A stretch of 64,000 nucleotides of DNA from Azolla caroliniana. Its lineage: Eukaryota > Plantae > Polypodiophyta. The translations under genes were made by a program, and so were the position numbers. The notes under the pieces were generated by a model. The model ran no database searches and was not told the DNA's origin. It was given only the letters and a program-made list of their open reading frames with translations. The stretch's first letter is position 1. Every line of letters begins with the position of its first letter. Shown piece by piece: positions 38,501-49,345 of this stretch. Where the stretch lies: assembly GCA_043228905.1 (NCBI GenBank), contig JBHGNT010000017.1, positions 9,424,001 through 9,488,000 on the forward strand, in the 5' to 3' direction.

Positions 38501-40835
38501 TTTCAGCTTCTTGCCGGATTCCCTTTCCACTCTCGCGTGGAGTTCTTTGAAGACGCACAACACTTGGTCCTTTGTCTTCATCGGTGCCGTCCACAGTTTT
38601 CGGCTATGATCATCGATGAATGTTACGAAGTACTGGGCTCCGCCATGTGACTTCGTCTCTACCTGACACACGTCAGTGTGCACCAACTCCAATGGTGCGC
38701 TACGTCTCGTCGGTGGCCTTGAGTGGAAGGAGGTTCGGTTCTGCTTACCGGCCAGGCAATCGGTGCACTTCTCCAGGTGCACATGCTTCACTGGGATGAG
38801 GTTGTCTTCTGCAAGCCTCTTCATCCCCTTCTCACTCATGTGGCACAGTCGCTTGTGCCACAGCTCACCGGCAGCGTCGGCTGCCACATTCAGTTCTTCC
38901 GGACATAACCGGGCATTCATCAGGTACAGTGTGTTGACTTTCCGGGCCCGAGCCACTATCAGGCTCCCCTTGCTGAACTTCATTACGCCGTTCCGGATGC
39001 TACCTGTGTAGCCTTCATCGTCTAGCCTCCCGGCCGAAATCAGGTTCAATCGAACCTCCGGAACGTGTCGGACATCCTTCAGCAGCATTTTGCATCCGGT
39101 CGGGGTTGTCAACCACACGTCTCCTATGCCGGAAATCCGGCACGTACCTTCATTTCCCATCCGAACACAGCCATGCTCACCGGCTGTGTAGGATGAGAAG
39201 TATCTTCTCTCCGGGGTCAGGTGGAACGATGCTCCGGAATCGACCACCCAGGTCGTCTCATCGCCGGCAACGTTTAGCTCACCTTCTTCGGTGATGAGCA
39301 TGATTTCTTCCTCACTTGCCGCGAGTGCCGTTGTTCCTTTCCGGTCCTGTCCTCGCCGATCCGAACCATTCCGGTCCGTGGCTCCCCGGTATGCACCGTT
39401 TCTCTCCGGTGACTTCTTCGAATCGGTGTTGTCGGTTCCATTGTCTTTTCGGTAATGCCGACAATTCTTTCGGAAGTGCCCCGGCTTCCCACAGTGGAAG
39501 CATGTGGGCCTTCCTCTTGACTGCGACCGGGTCCCCGACTTCTCCCGTCTTTGCGGACTCCGGTTCCATTGTCTTCCCCGATCCGATTCGGTAAACAGCA
39601 TCTTCGGGTCGGAGGCCGGTTCCTTATCTCTCCGACGCGCTTCTTCATTCAGAATACTTGTCTTTACCGTTTGTAAGGACAAGTTATCTTCGGTGCAGGA
39701 GGTGCTGAGAGTCACCACCAAGTTCTCCCAGCTGTCCGGCAATGTACACATCAGGATGATGGCTTGCATTGCATCCTCCAACGGGAACTTGATCGCCGCA
39801 AGCTGATTCACGAATCCCATGAACGTGCTTACGTGTTCTACCATACTCTCGCCGTCCCGGTACTTGAGGTTCACTATCTTCCTCATCAGGGAGGTCCGGT
39901 TCAACGCATTCTTCCTCTCATAGAGGCCAGACAGCTTCTTCCACATCTCGTATGCGTTGGTGTCGTTCGCCACATGTTGCAGGACGCTTACGTCGACATA
40001 TTGTCGGATCGTCGCTACGGCTTTCCGGTTCAGGAGCTTCCACTCCGACTCAAGTACCCCCTTCGGTATTTCCGACCTGTCAATCGGTTCGTACAGGTCC
40101 CGAACAATCAGAAGATCCTCCATCTTGATCTTCCAGTCGGCGTAATTCTGTGCATTCAGCACCATCATCATCGGCTGCCCGCTGCCGCCGCCTTCCATTT
40201 TCTGCAACAGTCGCTCTGATACCAGTTTGTTGGGAATCAACGCTTCGATTCACCTTCTTCGCTCGGCCACAAGCGAGTAATCGCGGATCAATGCAGCAGA
40301 AAATAGGAAATACAGAGAAAGACACGATACACAGGGATTAACGTGGAAAACCCTAAACGGGGAAAAAACCACGGGAGTACAAGACTCCAAACAACACTAT
40401 ACAGAGAAGTATACAATGACGAGCTCCAAGGCGACGACCTTGAGCTCGCTGTCCTCGCCACAGGCGGCGGAAATACACAGAGGCGTCTACCTCTTTCTCT
40501 CTCGCGCTCTCTCTCTTTCTCTCTCTCTCTCGGCTGCTCTCTCTTCACTCCTCTAAAGTGGAAAAACAGAAAAATGAGAAGCAACTACAAAACTGTTTGC
40601 CCTAAGTCATATTTATACTTATATGACTTTGGGCTATTTACAACTGTAGCCTCAGGGGCCCATAGCGAACATATTCACGGATATGTCCCTGCATCCGGAT
40701 CGCTCTCCGGGTACACTCGTCATCCGGTACCGAAACCGGGGTCTTCGTCATCCGGATCCGAAACCGAAACCGGGCTTGTCGGCATTCATCTCCGATATCC
40801 GACCATCCCATCCGAAAGGGACCGAAATCCCAACA
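35507..40835 (-). mobile_element. Copia M (Tnt1/Tork-like), intact, very recent
   Basis: 608-bp LTRs at 35507-36114 and 40228-40835 with no difference found; TSD atttc; perfect PBS tggtatcagagc (40224-40213); PPT overlaps the stop codon. Confidence 0.98.
36125..40198 (-). CDS. Copia Gag-Pol polyprotein (1357 aa): Gag, CCHC knuckle, protease, integrase, RT, RNase H
   Basis: Uninterrupted ORF from the first ATG after the PBS: CFHCGKPGHFRKNC, WVVDSGAS, HTD...DNGGE...AERMNRT, LLYVDD, GFTDSD...TEAE...CDSQSA. Confidence 0.97.
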   Translation of the reverse strand: MEGGGSGQPMMMVLNAQNYADWKIKMEDLLIVRDLYEPIDRSEIPKGVLESEWKLLNRKAVATIRQYVDVSVLQHVANDTNAYEMWKKLSGLYERKNALNRTSLMRKIVNLKYRDGESMVEHVSTFMGFVNQLAAIKFPLEDAMQAIILMCTLPDSWENLVVTLSTSCTEDNLSLQTVKTSILNEEARRRDKEPASDPKMLFTESDRGRQWNRSPQRREKSGTRSQSRGRPTCFHCGKPGHFRKNCRHYRKDNGTDNTDSKKSPERNGAYRGATDRNGSDRRGQDRKGTTALAASEEEIMLITEEGELNVAGDETTWVVDSGASFHLTPERRYFSSYTAGEHGCVRMGNEGTCRISGIGDVWLTTPTGCKMLLKDVRHVPEVRLNLISAGRLDDEGYTGSIRNGVMKFSKGSLIVARARKVNTLYLMNARLCPEELNVAADAAGELWHKRLCHMSEKGMKRLAEDNLIPVKHVHLEKCTDCLAGKQNRTSFHSRPPTRRSAPLELVHTDVCQVETKSHGGAQYFVTFIDDHSRKLWTAPMKTKDQVLCVFKELHARVERESGKKLKAIRADNGGEYRGQFQEYCRSKGIRLEFTVPKTPELNGLAERMNRTIMERVRSMLAHAKLPKGFWAEAMSTATYVINRSPSVPLDGDTPQKVWTGKEVSYRHLKVFGCLAYVHVAKDRRGKLDPKTRPCIFLGYGDDEFGYRVWDPVDKKIFRSRDIIFMEDKTLADWESEKKMKSSKSIGEDQLYEEQSRPARDRLTLEDPAKDGEETEPAEEDENDTGTGPDPEMDSDEEESEEPVTEAPERRYPLRERRAPRRFPEPEHVLLTDEGEPESFEEAKQDTQSRRWLSAMQDEMDSLHENHTYELVELPKGKRALRNKWVFKLKPGDAGNPPRYKARIVVKGFQQKKGVDFNEIFAPVVKMTSIRTVLSIAASMDLEVEQMDVKTAFLHGDLDEEIYMQQPEGFEKKGKEHLVCRLKKSLYGLKQAPRQWYRKFDSFMTDEGYLKTQSDHCVFVKKFEGGDSLILLLYVDDMLIVGRDQVKIRMLKKALHRTFSMKDLGPARQILGMHIIRDRKKKQLWLSQEKYVTKVLHRFNMWEARPVGSTLPANCKLSSKQSPKTKAEKEDMMKVPYASAVGSLMYAMVCTRPDIGYAVGVVSWYMSNPGKEHWNAAKWILRYLKGTANVCLRFGSGKPELDGFTDSDMSADADTSRSTSGYVMTYAGGAVSWQSRLQKTVALSTTEAEYMAAVEAGKEIIWMKDFIRELGIRQEEYRLYCDSQSAIHLAKNAAYHSRTKHIQRRYHWIRERIEDKEFVLTKIHTDENGSDMLTKVLTPDKLEACRKRIGLERHPMPK

Positions 40836-43800
40836 ATTTCGACATTCGGATGTTGAGGAAGAGTTGTTGGGTTGTTGGCAGTGTATTAGCACATCCTCAA
40901 GTTCGAGACTTCGAGTGGCTGATTTGATAATCATAGGCTTGGTGGCGGTCTTCGCAGTAGAGATTCCCAACCCCTCATCTTGAGTGGTTAAGATCTGAGA
41001 ATGAGGTAATTGGTTGAGTTTCTCTCCTCTGTTTTTTGTTGCATTAGTTGTTGGCGCACCATGATTGTTGTGTAGTTCGACGTTGATGATGTTTGTCCCA
41101 TCATTTTCAAATTCCATTGTTGTTGCTTGAGGAAGTCTTAACTTTGTGATTTCCTTGGTAAGGTGTTCTCTCTCGGTTTCTTTCATTACATATGATGACC
41201 TAGAAAAAATACTTTTCTCATCAAACTCCACAGAACGACTAAATATTATTTTACCTGAATCAGGAAGGTAAATTCTGTATGCTTTTACTCCATATGGCTC
41301 CCCATATCCAATAAATTTTCCTTTGATGCATCGATCCTCAAGTTTTGTCCTCTTGGCAGGTTGTATGTATGCAAATGCAGTTGCTCCAAATACTCGAAGA
41401 TGTGATATCTCAGGTGGGTACCCATACCACATGGTGTATGGCACTTGTCCTTCTATACCTTGGTGAGGGGTTCTGTTTTGTAGGTAACAAGTTGTGGCGA
41501 CTGCTTCTTCCCAGAATCTCGAGGCCATTCCACTCGTCTTCAGCATACTCCTAGTAGCATTTAATAAGGTGCGATTCTTTCTCTCAGCTATCCCATTTTG
41601 TTGCGGTGTGTAGACAGTTGACTTTTGATGAAATATACCATTTTTTTCGTTAAAGGCTTCCCATTCCTGAGAAACAAATTCCCAACCATTGTCACTTCTT
41701 ATTACTTTAACTTTAAGTTGTGTTTGATTTTCAACAAAGCTCTTATATGCACAAAATGCTTTGAATGCATTTCCCTTTTGTTTAAGAAAGTTAACCATTG
41801 TAAATCGCGAAGTGTTATCAATAAATGTTATAAAGTACCTTGCTCTAGAGAGTGAGTTGGGAGTTATCGGTCCACATACATCCATGTGAACAAGTTGGAG
41901 TAGTTCCTTTGTCTTTGAGTTACTTAGCGGGAATGATTTTTGAGCCATTTTCCCATACATGCATCCTTCGCAAATATCAATAGATTTAAAGATTGTGGAA
42001 GGTAAACCTCTTACTAGGTTCTGATTTTGACACAACTTGAGTATTGGTGTATGTAGATGACCGAACCGGCAATGCCATAGATAGGTGGGAGACACATTGT
42101 CTACTCCTCCTTGATGTACTTCAGCAGCTAATGCTTCTCCAAGATTCGTCTTGACAAGATATAGTTGCCCTTGTTTTGGACATACAATTTTTATCTCATG
42201 TTGATCATCTTGGATGTATAGGGTAGCTTGTTGTTTGCTGAATTTGATTGTCATTCCTTTTGCAGTAGCTTGTCCCACAGATAATAGATGTTTTGCAATT
42301 CCAGGTACAAAGTATATATCTGAAATTTGTACAACATGATTACTAATGAGTCTTAATTTGATATTACCTTTCCCAACCGCCACTTTTTGACCTTTGTCTC
42401 CGAAGGTGACCTTCAATGGTATTGGGAGCTCTTGATAGTTGTCCAACCAGTCTTTTCAATATGTTAGATGGTGAGTAGCCCCGGTATCCAAGAACCAGGT
42501 GCCATCATCTTCATTTTCTTCAAATGTGTTTGCATTATATGCTTGAATATACTCTTCTTCATCAGGTTCTCCATTTTGTTCAGGTGCTTCTTCAAAAGAA
42601 TATTCTGGATTTCTATCATCTTCTTGTTGGATAACTACATTATGTACCTGGGGTCGGTTGGAGTTCTTCTCTGCTTTCTTGAGGCGACATACTCGATCAA
42701 TATGTCCTTCCTTCTTGCAATATCTACAGATGATTCTAAAGCTTCCATTTTGTCGTGAGTTGTTCCCATAGTATTTTTGTGCTTCACTCTTGATGTATGT
42801 TTTGTTATTATTAGATTCATTATTTCTTACTTTTTCAGGTCTGTATCTTTTTTGGTTTGCTGGATGAACCCTTTGGAATCAATTGATGGAGACTGCCATT
42901 GCAATCGGTTGAGCATTATTCTTCTTTTGTCGTCGAATGTCTTCATGACGGATCTTAGTAAGTAGCTCAAACAATGTTGCCGTGCTACTATGCATAGTGA
43001 TGAATGTTCCCCAAGATTCGGGGAGTTTGCTTAACACTAATCCAATCTTGATGTCTTCTGAGATGCAGTTGCCGGCGATAGTTGCATCATCGATAGTTGC
43101 CTCCCAAGTTGATAAGAAGGTAGTAACATCTTCTTCCTGTAAAACACACATATTAAACAGGGTAGCTAAAGTGTGGAGTTTAGTTGTACCATGTTGAGGT
43201 TTGTATAGTTCCTTCAGTTTTGCCCACATTGCAGCTGCAGATGTGAGTTTTCAAATAATTTCTGACTGCTTTTCATCTACATTTAACATTATCTCTAGTC
43301 TAGCTCTTTTATCTAGCTTTCACCACTCATGCCATTCGTCTGACTCTCGTTTTGCAGGTTCTGGACTAGCACCAGTTGTGATGTCGAGGAGCTCCTCAAC
43401 ATCAAGTAGCAATTCCATTCGAGTCTTCCAGGTTTTGTAGTTTTTCTCTGTTAATTTGTCCAAGGTATATTTTCTGCTTGAGCGTGCCATAGTGATAGTT
43501 TTTAGATTTGTTTATTTCAGAAAATCTATGGTGAGTTTTGTTGGTTATAGGGGAGTATGAGATTCAGATCGTGCAACGTAGCTCTGATACCATGTAAGAA
43601 AAGTTCAGAAGATAATGGGCTGGATTGACAACAGAGAACAAGAGAGAGTTTTCAAAGAATGAAGAACAAGGTAAGATCTTATATTAAAACAGGTGTATTG
43701 CAATGTAAGATCCTATAGAAAACTCTAGATGTAGTACCACACACATTTCCTAAACAATACTTTCATCCATATATATATACAAAGAAGTAACAACTAGCCG

Positions 43801-44525
43801 TTACTTCTTTGTAACTGTTGTTTTGTCTTTTTCCTTATTGTCTTTTGTAACTCATGTTTTGTCTTTATCCTCAAAACTCATGTCTTATCATTTATGGTGT
43901 AAACAGGTAATCTTGACAAGAAGGAGGAGACCACCGGACACAATTGACCGACTACAGACGGTCACAAGCAGAGCCGGCCAGCTGGCCCGTGAACTAGACG
44001 GCACTAGCCAACGTCCGGCAGAGTTGACCGGAGAAACAGTGATCACCGTTGAACAAAGGGTCCCACAAGTGGCCGCTGGACAGAGCCGACAGACGGCAAA
44101 CGACGACAGAGACAGCCCACAAAGAGATGGCCACAGACAGACAGCAGGCAGGAGAAGAAGATGATCATCAGAGAATGAAGAGGAAGAAGAAGATGATCAT
44201 CACCATCGCCACCATAGAAGACAGAGAGGGTATGACAGAAGTAGAGAAGAAAAGAGGAAGAAGATGAAGAAGAGGAAGAAAATGAAAAGACGGAGAAATG
44301 GATGAAGATGAAGCTGAGTAATAAACAGAGAAGAAAGAGAAAACGAAGAACAAGAAGAAAACGATGCAAATAGAAAGCAGGCAGAAAGAAAGAAAAAGAA
44401 AAGAAGAAGAGGGAAAGGCAAAGAGAGAAAGAGCCATATAGGGCATTGGACGAATCTTGAGGGAATCATCAGAATGTGAAGAAATGGAAGGGCATTCGAC
44501 AAAATTTTAGAAAACGAAAGGGTAT

Positions 44526-45600
44526 ACTAAATGTCACCAATGTCAGGTTAACCAAGCCGAGCGACTTAAAGCGGAATGACTTTTACATCCCTTGGACATT
44601 CACTTGTGGTTGATAACCTAACTAAAATGGCCAGATTTATTGCTACGAAAACCATGGTAACAACTCCTGAATTGGCTTACCAATTTGTTGACGATTTATT
44701 TCGTTTTTATGGGTTACCGATGGATATCATGAGTGATCGAGATTCAAAGTTTATTAGTGACTTTAAGAAGTCTTTAAGAAGTTAGAAACTACATTGAGCA
44801 TGAGCTCCATGGATCATCCTCAATCCGATGGACAGACAGAACGAGTAAATCAAATTATTGAGGACATGCTTCGAGCATACGTTGGTACAAAACCAACAAA
44901 ATGGGAACGTTATCTCCCAAATTTGGAGTTTGCTTATAACAGCTCCAAGCATACATCTACGGGATATAGTCCTTTTATGTTGATGTATGGTTTTCAGCCA
45001 CGAGCCCCGATTGATGATAATATACATCATGATGAGTTGCGAAGTACGCAAAACTTTCTTCGGGATATGCAAGATATGTTGCATATTACACGAGATAATA
45101 TAAAAACAGCTCAAGATAGAGCGCGTTTTTATGCCGATCATCATAGGCAATCTCGTGTATTTAACCCTGGATAGAAGGTATTTTTACGTGTACCTCACAA
45201 TTCTAAGACATTGTCTAAGGGTAAGTGCGCTAAATTAGCCCCATAGTTTTGTGGACCTTTTACAGTCCTCAAACACATTGGGTCATCAACCAATCGTCTG
45301 GCTCTTCCTGATGGTGTTGAAATTCATCCAGTTTTTCATGTGAGTCGTCTAAAAGAACTTCTAGGTTCTGGCGACAATACAATTACAATTGAAACTCTGG
45401 TTACTTCTAAAGAATTATCTTCTAAACCACATGTACTAGAAAGAATTCTCGATGTTAAAACAAAAAAATTATGTACTAAAGAAATCCGAGAATTTAAAAT
45501 AAAATGGATGGATAAATCAAAAAAAGATGCCACATGGGAACGTGAAAATACTCTCAGAACTAACTTCCCTAACTTTCCATTGCAAGAGTGCAATGTTCTA
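44526..45600 (+). pseudogene. Gypsy C integrase core and chromodomain
   Basis: KCHQCQ, VVDNLTK, SDRD, HPQSDGQTER, GPF, HPVFHVSRLK, ERILD...KIKW...DATWE. Confidence 0.9.
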
Positions 45601-45614
45601 AAGAGGGGGGAGTA

Positions 45615-46068
45615 TGTTACGGGCATAACCATATAATATCCCGTGGTGAGAATTTACCGTAGTATTCTATACACGTGGATAAGTGTGAGGGTTAAACGAG
45701 AGTGTAAAGAAGGGGAGGATTACATTTAATCCTTGGGATTGACACAACCCATTAGGTCAAGTGTGAACTTTCCTGGGGGCCTTGGGTATTGCTATAAATA
45801 AGAGGCCTAGCTACCCTCATTTGAAGATATCTTTTGACTACGTCGAGACTCTGTTTCATGGTGGGTCAAGTCTTGTAGCGAGCGCACTAGCACTAGGTAC
45901 GACTCGATGCCACGGAGGTGGTATGAGATGCCAATTGAGGCTTGAGTCTGTCTCGATCCCTTCGCTCGGGGGTGGTCGGGCGGATCAACACCCTTCTTTC
46001 TCTCTCTCCTTTCTATCTATCTAACATTTATCCTTATCATATGCTTATGTTAGATCATATCTCTAATA
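45615..46068 (+). repeat. Gypsy C 3' LTR
   Basis: Starts TG after the PPT; TATA at ~45794; 3' half matches 7592-7830. Confidence 0.88.
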
Positions 46069-48583
46069 TTTTAGTACTATTGCCTGATAGTACTTCTCTA
46101 TCTTAGTACTACTCCTGACAGTTTGAACCGATTTTCTCCTCTCTTTCCTTCTCTTCCTTTATCTTCTTATTTCTCCCTCCCTTCATACTAATATCTTATT
46201 CCTCTTTTCTCTCATACTATGGCCACTGTTTTCTCAGAGCTGCGATGCTTGAAAGAGAAGTTCCTTGCTTTGGAACAAGAAAATCAATGGGTGTTGGGGG
46301 ATCTTCAACAAATCTCCTTAGAAAGGCAACAGATGGAACAACAACATGGGGAACTAGTGGTATGTGTGCAATAACTCGAAGCAAACTTAGTAACGATGCA
46401 ACGACAAGGACCCAGTACACAAGGGATTCATAAAGAACCCAAATCGGCCTTGCCATGAAATTTGATAGAACGCGATCGCAGTTTGAGGATTCCTTAATCA
46501 GGTATGATTAGTCATTCAAATGCATCCTTCTCGATATCCCACCAATGCATCACAAGTGGGACTAGCAGGCACTCTACTTAGTGGCACGACTTTGGCATGG
46601 TTCGCCCCCCTGTTAGAAAAAAGCTCTCCCTTAATAAATAATTTTGAAGAGTTTATCACCGAGTTTAAAGCCTGTTTTGGAGATACCGATAGTGTTAGAA
46701 AAGCAATCAACAAAATCCGAAGGTTATGCCAAGGTGAGCAGCCGGCCTCGGCTTATGCTACAGATTTCCGTCTTCTCGCCACTGATATTCCCTAGGATGA
46801 TTAGGCACTAATGGAGCAATTTCGTTTTGGCCTACGTAATGATGTTAAAGATTTACTCTTAACTTTCCCCGAGGAGCCAAAATCATTGACAGAAGCAATC
46901 AGTTGTGCGATGCGATGCGATAATCGCCTCTTCGAACGACATTCGGAACATCAATTCCAAATGCCAAGGATAAAATCAAAGCCCACCTATGCTTCAATCG
47001 TAGCAAAACCTTTCCCAAGGGAGTCATTCAATATGTCTCCAACAAATACTCCGACTCCAATGGAAATCGACACCACACGTTGTTGTGGACCACTATCGGA
47101 AGAAGAAAAGCAGCGATGCAGGGCAAATCGATTATGTCTTTATTGCGGTGGACCGGGGCATATTGCAGTGAATTGCCCCCATCGGCCAAAAAGTAATCGC
47201 TAGTACTAATAGTACTAAACCCGAGTCTATTTCTCTAGGTGTGTCTGATAGTCCTAATAGCCCAAACCTTTCAAACAAATTTGAAATCCTTAGTTAAACT
47301 AGAAGAAGAGTTAAATGATTAAGTCTAGCCAAAATAAGAGTCGTTTGGTTGGACACCCCTAGATTTGTGCAGCCCATTAGTGGTTCCATTTCCTCTAAGC
47401 AAGTTAGCAATGCGTTCTTAGCTCAAGTAATGGTTAGTACTAAAAGTACTCCTCCAATACATGTCTTAGCACTCTTAGATTCCGGAACTAGCTCTTGCTT
47501 CATGGATAGGAATTTTGCCCAAGCTCATCAAATATCCCTAAAGAAACTCCCATGTCTAGCCTCTGTAGTAGTCATTGATGGTCATCCCATTGCTTCCGGG
47601 AATAGTATAGAAGAGTTAGAACCCGTTAATATTGTCCTAGATAACTTAGCGTGTGTAGTATCATTCTATTGAGAATCAAGCTCAACCTAGTCTAGCGTGT
47701 GAACACACCCTTGAGAGTGTGCACTCAAAGGTCAAAAGTCACCACTCTTATCTACACATTAACTATGTGTCATAGAATCATATTCTATGACACATAACTA
47801 ATGAGTTTTCACATTCCCCATGACCCATGAGCTTTTAGTAGTTAATGAAGAGAGAGAGTGACTATATAAAGCACTCTCCTCCTACTTTGTAATTAAGTCG
47901 ATTAATCTCCTTTGTAATATACATCTTATTGAGTATTCTATTGTCCCTCTAATGTATCTTGTGTTTCTCTCACTCTCTCTCTCTCTCTCTCTCATACACA
48001 CACTCACAACACATATCTCTAGTCTATTCCGCTGCACAAGAATCACCATTGATTCTTTACATGGTATCAGTGTGGTTTGGTAGCTCGATCTAGCCCATCC
48101 GTGTGTGTTGTGGTTCACGCCTACGTTCAAGAAGAATCGACTCATCGCTATCGTAATGCAAATACATAGCTCGTATTCAAGAGAGAAGAAGAAGAAGAAA
48201 ATCTACATCGAACACCATGAATACTCAAATGGGGAGCGCTCTCCCTAGCGAGAAGTTGGATCGAAACAACTTCGCATCTTGGGAGTACAAGATGCACCAA
48301 TACCTTGTTGGCCAAGGCTATTGGGGTTACATCAAGGGAGCACAAGAAAACCGACCTGACCTGGAAGACGCCGACTACTCAACATGGGAGCAAGCGGCGA
48401 GTTGAGTAATATATTGCTTGGCGACATGTGTTCATGATCACATGCTCGGCTACATTCGAGAAGCCATGACGCCAAAGGAAGCATGGGAGAATCTATGAAA
48501 GATTTTCGCTGCCAACATGACTACGAGCAGGCTTCAACTCCGCCAAGAGTTGAACAACATCCAACTACAGGACATGTCCATCG

Positions 48584-49345
48584 GAACCGGATGGATGGAT
48601 GAAACCGGCGACCTTGGGATGCGGACCGAACCGGCTCGGGATGCGTCGACCGGTGATGGAACCGGCAACCAACCGGTGTCGACAAACCTGGTTACTGGCA
48701 TTCAGCGACCTCGGGATGCGAACCGAACCGGGCCAGACCGAATGGATGCAAATCGGATGGATCAGTTGATCACAGTGCATGGTGTTTTAAAGATATTTGG
48801 TCGAAAAGCCTAATAGTATTTTGTGCTTTTAAAGGGATGTAAGCAAGACTTGAACCTTGCACCTCCAAGATAGAAAGCAATATACTTACCACTAAGCCAA
48901 GTCATTTCCTTGAAGTTATATTTTTATCATTATAGTTTTACTTGAAAATTCTCATATGAGAGCTTAAATGAGTGACTTGGTTATCATGCATCACATGTAA
49001 CGCATGAGTGCCAGATGGCAAACATGCATCATGCATTTTATGCATGTCTTGTACCCTACATGCATCATATGCATGGCGGCATCTATAAAAGGAAGGGATG
49101 TATTAATCAAGAAATTAAAAGTAAGAAATTCATTATCCAATTGATGTATCAATCTTGTTCATAAAATCTAAAGTCAAGAGTTCAATCTTAATCTCTCTCA
49201 ATCTAAAGTCAAGCGTTCTATCTTATCTCAATCTCTCTCTCTTTCAATCTATTTTAATTCCTTTCTCGCTAAAGCTAGTGGTTCCGGTCCAGAACCCCGA
49301 CGGTTCCGCCTCACGATCCGCACGTAGTGATGGATCTTCAAGACA
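48584..49345 (+). repeat. Foreign LTR-like segment (probably a 5'-truncated solo LTR) inside Copia J gag
   Basis: Interrupts gag between QDMSI and NVNVDDDEMV; has AACCGG-rich repeats, TATAAAA at ~49085, a CT-rich U5-like tract, and ends in GACA. Confidence 0.6.

Larger units (their letters stand above)
33223..43918 (-). mobile_element. Copia L, degenerate, interrupted by Copia M
   Basis: 326-bp LTRs at 33223-33548 and 43593-43918 with about 12 differences; TSD agaag; tRNA-iMet PBS 43581-43592; poly-G PPT complement 33549-33557. gag from 43490, INT 40836-42446, RT/RH 33577-35506. Confidence 0.95.
31843..44525 (+). mobile_element. Insert K: LTR plus PBS of a non-chromovirus Gypsy followed by unclassified sequence; hosts Copia L
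   Basis: TGTT...AACA block at 31843-32185 followed by tggcacgcctgaacggac (32190-32207), resembling the tRNA-Arg PBS of Tat/Ogre elements. No second LTR; Gypsy C integrase resumes at ~44526. Confidence 0.5.
7592..46068 (+). mobile_element. Gypsy C, tRNA-iMet-primed chromovirus, fragmented by nested insertions
   Basis: Truncated 5' LTR 7592-7830 matches 45802-46068. Degenerate PBS tggttttaaagc 7833-7844. gag start 9279-9616; PR-RT-RH-INT 29877-31842; INT-chromodomain 44526-45600; PPT aagagggggga 45601-45611; 3' LTR 45615-46068. Confidence 0.82.

Noticed and set aside
22097-40219. Many 100-200 aa plus-strand ORFs antisense to Copia H and M
   Set aside because: They are shadows of GC-rich coding sequence, recur only because the two elements are near-identical, and contain no recognisable motifs.
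40199-40240. ORF-track start of the 1371-aa polyprotein at 40240
   Set aside because: It is a non-ATG start inside the LTR/PBS. The first ATG after the PBS (40198) matches the start in Copia H.
40638-42446. 602-aa ORF as an intact gene
   Set aside because: It is Copia L protease/integrase reading into the Copia M LTR. ORFs 20633-21550, 29734-30186 and 58944-59246 are similar junction chimeras.
43823-44502. Hydrophobic F/S/L-rich ORFs as membrane proteins
   Set aside because: They translate a GA-rich low-complexity tract in several frames.
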